Assembly (NCBI RefSeq): GCF_900232105.1
Contig: NZ_LT934425.1
Coordinates: 3,060,001-3,092,000 of the forward strand
From: Candidatus Kuenenia stuttgartensis
GTDB lineage: Bacteria; Planctomycetota; Brocadiia; Brocadiales; Brocadiaceae
Direction of reading: 5' to 3'
DNA: 32,000 nucleotides
Part shown: positions 24,950-32,000 of the stretch, piece after piece
Position numbering within the stretch: the stretch's first letter is position 1
Layout: every line of letters starts with the position of its first letter
Notes under the pieces: model-generated
The model's input: the letters and a program-made list of their open reading frames with translations, nothing else
Database searches by the model: none
What the model was told of the DNA's origin: nothing
Made by a program: the position numbers and the translations under genes

Positions 24950-25716
24950 TAAGAAGATGTTGATAGCTTTTCCATATTGAATATTGAAGGTTTGGCCGTA
25001 TGTTGAACTATCGGAGTGAACGGACAATTCCCCGGACGTGACTTTAACCCCTAAGAGTAAGAAAATGTAACTGCATACTAACGCCTTGCTTATTTCCAGA
25101 CTATTCAAGTGATGAGGAAGGATGATTACGTATGGGTCCGCAGAATTGGACTACCCGCTTCTTCGAGGAGTTTGTTGATTTTAATGCGAGACGTTGCTTC
25201 TTTCTGCGCCATATTCAAAATTTATTTCAATAAAGCAGTTTTTCAAATACAAACTGACACATAACTATCTAATGAATTACCCCTTGATTTGAAAGGTATA
25301 TAAAGGAATGCATTTGCCATAAGCTCAAATAAATACTGCATTTGATGTGCAATATCAAGGAAATTTTTAGGGAATGGGGATGATGGTAGGGAAAACCTCT
25401 TTTATCGTGATGAAGTGTTTTCTGAAATGAATTTTTCCAGGAACCGCAAACGCTCTTTCTTGGGATGTGGTTTGTTCAGATATCGCCATCCGTGCAATTT
25501 TGCATTTTACCAGACTGCGGAGATTGGGGACGACCTGTATTCTTGGTGGATCGTTGCAAAAAAACCGCACCTTGATCCGCCCTTACACGTTTGAAACACC
25601 AGGTGAAACAATATAGTATTTGCAAGCATTGTATATTAACCCTGTCAGGGTTTTTTCATAAAATTAAAGTGTCACAAAAACTTTTGATTGAGTTTTACTT
25701 ACGCTTTTGTTTAAAC

Positions 25717-25744
25717 TTGACACGAAAGCCTCTTTTGTTATAAT
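25717..25744 (+). promoter_or_regulatory. candidate sigma70-type promoter of the arg operon
   Basis: Consensus TTGACA (25717-25722), a 16-nt spacer, then consensus TATAAT (25739-25744), about 45 nt upstream of the argB ATG. Confidence 0.5.
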
Positions 25745-25789
25745 CACCCGCTTCTTTTTATTTAATTAAAACATCCCTTTTTTTATTAT

Positions 25790-26695
25790 ATGAATGATCA
25801 AATATCCATGGAAACTGCTATTCAAAAAGCCGGTATACTTTTAGAGGCGCTCCCATATATTAAAAGATTCAAAGACAAGATTGTCATTATCAAATTTGGC
25901 GGAAGCGCTATGTCAGACGACAAGGTTCTCACAAACGTACTGCAGGACACGGTATTTATGAAAACGGTCGGCATGATGCCAATACTGGTGCATGGCGGGG
26001 GGCCGCATATTAGCAGGGAAATGGAAAGAAGAGGCTTACGTCCGAAATTCGTAGATGGACATCGCATCACCGACCGCGAGACCCTTGAAATTGCAAAAAC
26101 CGTACTTGTTGACCAGATAGGGGCTTCTATGGTTAAAAAAATCTCTGAAATGGGCAACGACGCTGTATGTGTATGGGAAGACGGATATTGCCCGATTACT
26201 GCTGAAAAACATTATATAGAAGTGAAGGAAGATGACGGCACCACAAATCAGCTTGATATTGGTTATGTTGGCAAGGTGACCTCTATCATCAGAGAAAGAT
26301 TTTTAAGCTTATGCAGTGAATGTACAATACCTATTGTGCCGCCTCTGGCAAAAGGAAACGACGGGGAAATATATAACATTAACGCAGATAGCGTTGCGGC
26401 ATTTCTCGCGAAGGCACTTGGGGCGGAAAAACTCGTGTTTTTATCGAATACTCACGGTATCATGACAAGGCCAAACGACGAAACTTCTTTTGTTTCCACC
26501 CTGCATGAGGACGAGGCACATTCGCTTATTGATAAAAAAATTATCAACGGAGGAATGCTTCCCAAGGTATTCGCCTGTATTGCTGCCGTAAAAGCAGGTG
26601 TTAAAAAGGCGCATATCATTAACGGGCAAATACCCCATGCACTTTTGCTGGAGATTTTTACCGATAAAGGGGTGGGAACTCAGATTATTGTTTAA
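25790..26695 (+). CDS. argB: acetylglutamate kinase
   Basis: The 301-aa ORF has IVIKFGGSAM, VHGGGP and NINAD motifs of the amino acid kinase family, ArgB type. Confidence 0.9.
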   Translation: MNDQISMETAIQKAGILLEALPYIKRFKDKIVIIKFGGSAMSDDKVLTNVLQDTVFMKTVGMMPILVHGGGPHISREMERRGLRPKFVDGHRITDRETLEIAKTVLVDQIGASMVKKISEMGNDAVCVWEDGYCPITAEKHYIEVKEDDGTTNQLDIGYVGKVTSIIRERFLSLCSECTIPIVPPLAKGNDGEIYNINADSVAAFLAKALGAEKLVFLSNTHGIMTRPNDETSFVSTLHEDEAHSLIDKKIINGGMLPKVFACIAAVKAGVKKAHIINGQIPHALLLEIFTDKGVGTQIIV

Positions 26696-26801
26696 CCACC
26701 GGTATTGCAGTTTTGTAACAACTTGTTTTTTTGAAAAAGCGAAACAGTTGCGTAGTTTTTTTATTTCCCATTTATCTGTCTTTTTGAAATAATTCACCGT
26801 A

Positions 26802-27983
26802 ATGAATACGCAAGAAATCCAAAAAATTTATGAACGCTACGTTATTCCCAATTACATAAGAAATCCGATATTGCTGGTAAAGGGGAATGGTGTGGAAATA
26901 TGGGACGCTGAAGGCAAACGTTACCTTGATCTTTTTTCAGGTTGGGCTGTCAGTCTCCTTGGGCATTGCCATCCCGCGACGGTAAAAGCCATTCAAAACC
27001 AGGCGGCAAAACTGCAGCATGCTCCGAACATTTATTACACTGAGCCGCAGGGCATGCTGGCAAAATATATCTCTGAAAAATCGTTTGGAGGGCAATGCTT
27101 TTTTTGTAACAGCGGTGCAGAGGCAAACGAAGCGGCTATTAAACTTGCACGTATTCATAACTCTGCGAGGGGAAAATACAAAATCATTACCTTCTCCGAC
27201 TCATTCCACGGCAGGACGATTGCCACGGTAACGGCAACTGCACAACCAAAATATCAGAAGGGGTTTGCGCCGCTTGTTGAAGGGTTCTCCTATGTTCCTT
27301 TTAATGACACGGAAGCATTACGAAATGCCATTGACGACAAGACCTGTGCAATCATGTTGGAAACAATTCAGGGAGAGGGCGGTATTAACATAGCGACAAA
27401 TGGATTTTTGAAGGATATAAGAAATATTTGCAATGAAAAAGGATTGCTGCTAATCCTCGATGAAGTACAATGCGGGATGGGAAGAACGGGCAAATACTTT
27501 GCTTATCAACATTATGGCATTGAGCCGGACATTATGACATTGGCAAAGGCGCTGGGCGGCGGAGTCGCAATCGGGGCTATGACGGCAAAAAAAGAAGTAG
27601 CCAAAGACCTTGTACCGGGCAGCCATGCTTCCACCTTTGGAGGAAACCCCCTCGCATGTGCAGCAGGAGTCGCTGTGTTTGAAACCATTGAGAAAGAAAA
27701 CCTGCTGGATAATACAAAAAAGATGGGGGAATACGCCATGGAACAATTGCGCTCGCTCAAAACACAATGCAATATTATTAAAGAAATACGCGGCGTAGGT
27801 CTTATGATAGGAATTGAACTCGCGATAAACGGAAGTACTATCATCAAAGATTGCATTCAGGCGGGTCTGTTTCTCAACTGTACCCATGACACGGTTATCC
27901 GGTTTATGCCCCCTCTCAACGTAAAAAAAGAAAACATCGATGAGGGGTTGGGTATTTTAAAATCAGTCCTCTCAAACTATTAA
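26802..27983 (+). CDS. argD: acetylornithine aminotransferase
   Basis: The 393-aa class III aminotransferase has CNSGAEANE, LDEVQCGMGRTGK and TLAKALGGG (PLP lysine). It sits in arg operon context. Confidence 0.9.
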   Translation: MNTQEIQKIYERYVIPNYIRNPILLVKGNGVEIWDAEGKRYLDLFSGWAVSLLGHCHPATVKAIQNQAAKLQHAPNIYYTEPQGMLAKYISEKSFGGQCFFCNSGAEANEAAIKLARIHNSARGKYKIITFSDSFHGRTIATVTATAQPKYQKGFAPLVEGFSYVPFNDTEALRNAIDDKTCAIMLETIQGEGGINIATNGFLKDIRNICNEKGLLLILDEVQCGMGRTGKYFAYQHYGIEPDIMTLAKALGGGVAIGAMTAKKEVAKDLVPGSHASTFGGNPLACAAGVAVFETIEKENLLDNTKKMGEYAMEQLRSLKTQCNIIKEIRGVGLMIGIELAINGSTIIKDCIQAGLFLNCTHDTVIRFMPPLNVKKENIDEGLGILKSVLSNY

Positions 27984-27984
27984 T

Positions 27985-28923
27985 GTGTCAAAATATTTTA
28001 TGAAAAACAAAGATTTAATTTCTATTGCCGACCTGTCGCGACCTGAGATCGAGGAGATTTTTCAGGTTACAAAAGAGTTGAAAGACCTGCACATAAAGGG
28101 TGTTGAGGAAAAATGCCTGAGCGGAAAAATTCTCGGGCTTATCTTTGAGAAAAGTTCCATGCGCACACGGGTATCCCTGGAAGTGGCAATTGTGCAATTG
28201 GGCGGTTATGCCATCTATCAGACGCAGACTGAAATCAATCTCGGCAAAAGAGAGGCAATTAAAGATGTAGCAAAAGTGTTGTCACGTTATTTAAACGGGA
28301 TAGCGATCCGCACATTTGGGCATGACACGGTGCAGGAATTGGCAAAATACGCAACTATTCCCATCATAAATGCCTTAACGGATCTTTACCACCCGTGCCA
28401 AGCGCTCACTGATGTATATACGATTCTGGAAAAATTCAAGACACTGGAGAATATAAAGATAGTTTTTATCGGAGACGGAAACAACGTTGCAAAATCTCTT
28501 GCGCAAACCTGCATAAAATTAGATATAGATTTCCACATTGCATCTCCAAAAGGCTACGAATTCGATGCGGATTTCATTTCGGAACTGAAACACATGGCGA
28601 ACGGAAAAAATCTGATTCACCTTTACCGGAATCCTGAAGAAGCGGCAGAGAACGCAAACGTTATTTATACAGATACATGGACCAGCATGGGACAGGAAGC
28701 TGAAGCAGAAATACGCAGACAGGTTTTTAAAAATTATCAGGTCAATGCTGCGCTTTTGAAAAAATGCGCAGACAATGTCAAGGTAATGCACTGCCTGCCT
28801 GCCCATAGGGGAGAAGAAATTACCGATGAGGTGATTGATGGCAAATGTTCGGTCGTATATGATCAGGCTGAAAACAGACTACACGTTGAAAAGGCAATTT
28901 TAAAACTTTTATTAGTCAGATAA
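27985..28923 (+). CDS. argF: ornithine carbamoyltransferase
   Basis: The 312-aa ORF has SMRTRVS, HPCQ and [10 protein letters not shown] motifs. Confidence 0.9.
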   Translation: MSKYFMKNKDLISIADLSRPEIEEIFQVTKELKDLHIKGVEEKCLSGKILGLIFEKSSMRTRVSLEVAIVQLGGYAIYQTQTEINLGKREAIKDVAKVLSRYLNGIAIRTFGHDTVQELAKYATIPIINALTDLYHPCQALTDVYTILEKFKTLENIKIVFIGDGNNVAKSLAQTCIKLDIDFHIASPKGYEFDADFISELKHMANGKNLIHLYRNPEEAAENANVIYTDTWTSMGQEAEAEIRRQVFKNYQVNAALLKKCADNVKVMHCLPAHRGEEITDEVIDGKCSVVYDQAENRLHVEKAILKLLLVR

Positions 28924-28927
28924 AACC

Positions 28928-29644
28928 ATGAGAGTTGACAACCGCAAATACGATGAATTACGCCCTGTTACCATCACAAGAAATTTTACCAAATATTCTG
29001 CCGGGTCTATTCTTGTAGCATCTGGCAATACAAAAGTTATTTGTACTGCTTCAATAGAAGAATACGTGCCGCCACACATTAAAAACACCGGCACAGGATG
29101 GATTACCGCTGAATATTCGCTATTGCCTGGCGCAACGCCTTCCAGGGTGCCAAGAGAATCCACAAAAGGAAAGATATCCGGAAGAACGCACGAAATTCAA
29201 CGCCTTATAGGCCGCTCTTTACGGGCAATCTGCGATCTTGCCCTGTTAAAGGAACGAACGATCTGGATCGATTGTGACGTAATTCAGGCTGACGGAGGTA
29301 CCCGCACTGCGGCAATTACAGGGGGCTATATCGCATTGGCAGACGCGGTTCAATGGTTAATCGATAAAAATGTTATAAAGGAAAATCCCCTCATCAATAG
29401 TGTCGCAGCCATAAGCGCAGGAATTGTAAATAATATCGCATTGCTGGATCTGTGCTATGCAGAGGATGCCTCTGCGCAGGTAGACATGAACTTTGTAATG
29501 ACCGGCAGTGGAAAATATATTGAAGTACAGGGCACAGGCGAAGAATACGCCTTTGATGAAGATCAATTAGCAAAAATGCTCACATTAGCCCGTAAAGGAA
29601 TTTGTGAGATAACTGAAATTCAAAAAAAGGCATTGGGAACGTAA
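28928..29644 (+). CDS. rph: ribonuclease PH
   Basis: The 238-aa ORF has RxDxR ([12 protein letters not shown]), [12 protein letters not shown] and [14 protein letters not shown]. Confidence 0.9.
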   Translation: MRVDNRKYDELRPVTITRNFTKYSAGSILVASGNTKVICTASIEEYVPPHIKNTGTGWITAEYSLLPGATPSRVPRESTKGKISGRTHEIQRLIGRSLRAICDLALLKERTIWIDCDVIQADGGTRTAAITGGYIALADAVQWLIDKNVIKENPLINSVAAISAGIVNNIALLDLCYAEDASAQVDMNFVMTGSGKYIEVQGTGEEYAFDEDQLAKMLTLARKGICEITEIQKKALGT

Positions 29645-29732
29645 TAAACACGTTATAATTCATTGGAAAAGAAATGTGGTGCTTTTACGGTTGGTTACCA
29701 TTTAATAATACGAAGAAGCGCAGGAGGTTGAA

Positions 29733-30374
29733 ATGGGTTCATATGTAAACGAGATTCATTCAAAGACAATTGTTATTGCCACGCAAAATAAGAAGAAAAA
29801 AGAGGAAATATTAGCTATCGCAGGAAACATTCCGGGCATTATTTTTCGCGGTACCGAAGATTTCCCTTTTATTCCCGTGGTGGAAGAAGACGGTAGAACC
29901 TTTAGGGACAATGCGATTAAAAAAGCAACCACCCTGGCAAAGGCATGTAATACATGGGCAATGGCTGATGATTCGGGACTTGAAATACGGGCGTTAAATG
30001 GACGTCCTGGCGTTCTTTCAAACAGGTATGCAGGCCCTGGCGCCACAGACGAAGCAAATATCCAAAAAGTACTCTCTGAATTATATAACTTTACCGAAGA
30101 AAAACGTGCTGCCCGATTTGTCTGTTCCATTGCACTGGCAAGTCCGCACGAATTACTATTTGTGGTAGAAGATTACTGCGAAGGATTCATCGCAAAAGAA
30201 CCAAGAGGTTCCGGGGGTTTTGGGTACGATCCTGTTTTTTTCGTACCATATTACAATCAGACACTTGCAGAGCTTTCCCAATTTTCAACATCGGTTAAGA
30301 ATAAAATCAGCCATCGGGCAAAGGCATTGCAACAATTTAATGAACGCATAATCCCCCTTTTGCGCAGTAGATAA
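29733..30374 (+). CDS. rdgB: non-canonical purine NTP pyrophosphatase (RdgB/HAM1 family)
   Basis: The 213-aa ORF has ATQNKKKKEE, DDSGLE, GFGYDPVF and ISHRAKA motifs. Confidence 0.85.
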   Translation: MGSYVNEIHSKTIVIATQNKKKKEEILAIAGNIPGIIFRGTEDFPFIPVVEEDGRTFRDNAIKKATTLAKACNTWAMADDSGLEIRALNGRPGVLSNRYAGPGATDEANIQKVLSELYNFTEEKRAARFVCSIALASPHELLFVVEDYCEGFIAKEPRGSGGFGYDPVFFVPYYNQTLAELSQFSTSVKNKISHRAKALQQFNERIIPLLRSR

Positions 30375-30407
30375 TATAAGGGACTTGGAATTTATTATTC
30401 CGTAGCA

Positions 30408-30463
30408 GTCAACAGTCAACGGTCGGCAATCGGCAAATTGCAGACTGTTGACTGTTGATTGAG
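30408..30463. repeat. heptanucleotide tandem repeat forming a hairpin between convergent genes
   Basis: In 7-nt register: GTCAACA GTCAACG GTCGGCA ATCGGCA AATTGCA GACTGTT GACTGTT GATTGAG. The arms CAACAGTCAAC / GTTGACTGTTG pair. It is a likely bidirectional terminator-like structure but has no T-run. Confidence 0.55.
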
Positions 30464-30507
30464 AACAAAAACAAAGAAATTACCTATAAGGGACTAACAA
30501 CCTGATT

Positions 30508-31272
30508 TCAACCCTGAATTCCTTTCCAATACCGGTCCACAAATGACTGGATTTGACTGATCACCCCTTCCTGCCTTACCGGTTGAAAGAGATGTGCAAA
30601 TCTTCCCTGTTCCCTCAAATATTCTTCAACCGGTTTAAATTTTTGGGGGATAATCGTATGGCTTATTTCGCCATAAACAGCCTCTTTCAATGCCCAAACG
30701 CCAGTATCAACCGCAAGCTTCGCAAGTTTTGCTGAATGTGACGGGTCGGTATGCCAGCCCGGAGGACATGGAGAAAGATTAATAAACAATTTTGGCCCTT
30801 TATAGTGTTTTGCCTTTTCAAATTTATTTATCAAATCCACCGGATGGGCGGGAGAAATAGTTGCAAGATACGGAGGTTTATGGCTTCTCCATATCTCAAA
30901 AAGATCCTTCTTATAAAATAACTCTCCCAACGGATTCATTTTCCCTGCCGGGGTAGTGCGCGTATTGGAAGCAAATGGCGTTGCTCCCGAAGATTGAAAA
31001 CCGGTGTTGCCATATGCCTCATTATCGGAACACAGGTAATAAAAATCTACATTCCTATAAAGAGCGCCGGAAGTAGATGCGAGTCCAATATCATACGCAA
31101 CACCATCTCCTGTTAATACGACTACCTTCAAATCTTCATCGGGATTTAACCTTCCCTTTTTTATCAAAATATCAAGGGCGTCCCTTATCCCTTGTGCCCC
31201 GGCAGGGGCGCATGCCATTGCCGTATAAAGCCACGAACTCCTGAACGGCGTGTAAGGATAGACAGACAAAAG
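30508..31272 (-). pseudogene. 2-oxoacid:ferredoxin oxidoreductase beta subunit (TPP-binding, PorB-like), 5'-truncated by IS insertion
   Basis: Homology to PorB-type proteins begins at ..SVYPYTPF... and includes the GDG(x)..DIG TPP motif (LTGDGVAYDIGL) and NEAYGNTG. The N-terminal 50-60 aa or so (the Cys-rich GCG region) is absent. The first 9 codons of track ORF 30508-31299 are read from the IS66 terminal repeat. Confidence 0.7.
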
Positions 31273-32000
31273 GTATCTATTCAGCGTATTTTCACCCACT
31301 GTCGCTACGAGCTAGCAAAATCAGGCAATTCGCCACGGAATAGCATCTGTAATGCCCGGCTCAAATTTACACCTTGTTTTCGACAGGTCGAGAGATAACT
31401 CCGAATGCGGCAGAAAATTTTCGCTCCCTCCAAAGAACGAAAACAGCCAGATATCTTCTGCTGAACCTTCGTCATCCTGATATCGTTTTCTGCCAAATTG
31501 TTCGTAAAGGGAACATTTTTATTGTCCATAAACCTCAACACATCACCCTCATACGTCCTCAATCGTTCCAGAAGATTCCGTGCCTTTGTCCTTTTTACCC
31601 TCCCCCTTTTTCCCTTACGGTTCGTTTCATCAGGAGGAGGGCTTTCGGCTTCTGCGTTTTGGAGTATCTTCCTATACCTTTGCCGGTATTTTTCTGACTC
31701 ATCAGTTCCCAGCATTCCCCCGGCATCACTCGTCGCACGGTTTATCTCTTTAAGTAATGCTTTCATCTCTTTCGCCCACTCCTGCTTATTATCATCTTCC
31801 CACACACCATCCAATTCCCTCAAGTGGTGTGCATTACACAACGCATGCGTACAGTTGCTATAGGTGTAATACGACTTCAAATGGTCGTGGCAAAGAATCC
31901 CCTTAAATTCAGGTAATATCCCGATACTATTTATCGCTTCTGTTCCACGTCTTTCATGCGGGAAAAAGTACGTCCACAAACTATTGGATGCACTGTGCAA
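31273..32000 (-). mobile_element. IS66-family element, right-hand end only; continues beyond the window
   Basis: The terminus GTATCTATTCAGCGTA at 31273 is IS66-like (GTA start) and matches the MITE termini at 22282/22693. The tnpC-type ORF ends 32 nt inside. Confidence 0.7.
31305..32000 (-). CDS. IS66-family transposase (TnpC-type), C-terminal 231 aa; 5' end outside the window
   Basis: The segments CNAHHLRELDGV, FMDNKNVPFTNNLAENDIRMTKVQQKISGCFRS and FCRIRSYLSTCRKQG are typical of IS66 TnpC C-terminal halves. Confidence 0.85.
   Translation of the reverse strand: MHSASNSLWTYFFPHERRGTEAINSIGILPEFKGILCHDHLKSYYTYSNCTHALCNAHHLRELDGVWEDDNKQEWAKEMKALLKEINRATSDAGGMLGTDESEKYRQRYRKILQNAEAESPPPDETNRKGKRGRVKRTKARNLLERLRTYEGDVLRFMDNKNVPFTNNLAENDIRMTKVQQKISGCFRSLEGAKIFCRIRSYLSTCRKQGVNLSRALQMLFRGELPDFASS

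Noticed and set aside
14673-25000. Considered a prophage or integrative element rather than a cassette array.
   Set aside because: There are no structural, replication or intact integrase genes. The uniform gene orientation with a site-specific-recombination-type repeat after nearly every gene fits cassettes better.
24875-25108. ORF 24875-25108 (77 aa) as a real small gene.
   Set aside because: Only the last 23 codons resemble anything (an integrase C-terminus), and that part is exactly the repeat-borne relic. The N-terminal part has no similarity and most likely results from read-through of decayed sequence.
25638-25662. AACCCTGTCAGGGTT followed by TTTTT, as a rho-independent terminator on the plus strand.
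   Set aside because: The stem is only 5-7 bp with a minimal loop, and there is no upstream plus-strand gene to terminate. It may be a relic.

Overview
This is a 32-kb bacterial chromosomal window. The gene content (small basic protein, SPOR protein, PilT/PilU, heavy IS load) weakly suggests a planctomycete or anammox-type genome. (1) 1-4.3 kb is an IS cluster: an edge-truncated putative transposase, a frame-split IS630-family element and an IS1634/IS4-like element. (2) 4.3-14.7 kb holds core genes. A GT-C glycosyltransferase, an aminotransferase, a small basic protein and a SPOR protein lie on the minus strand; ligA, tldD, pilT and pilU lie on the plus strand. (3) 14.7-25.0 kb is a minus-strand, integron-like cassette array of about 9 cassettes, with attC-like sites bounded by RYYYAAC/GTTRRRY cores. 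It carries three HicAB modules (one with a decayed toxin), a DUF433/PIN-like pair, a Panacea (DUF4065) antitoxin with a MazF-like toxin, an ApeA-like HEPN protein, a two-gene cassette with a DEDDh exonuclease-BRCT protein, and a small membrane protein. Embedded in the array are an ORF-less group II intron, two MITEs, and four copies of a 244-276-bp repeat. That repeat contains relics of an integron-integrase C-terminus and ends in a GTTRRRY core. No intact integrase is present. (4) 25.8-30.4 kb is argB-argD-argF-rph-rdgB on the plus strand. (5) At the right edge, a 2-oxoacid:ferredoxin oxidoreductase beta gene is truncated by an IS66-family element that runs off the window. I saw no rRNA, tRNA or CRISPR array. 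All calls come from reading the sequence and ORF translations by eye; no database search or covariance model was run.
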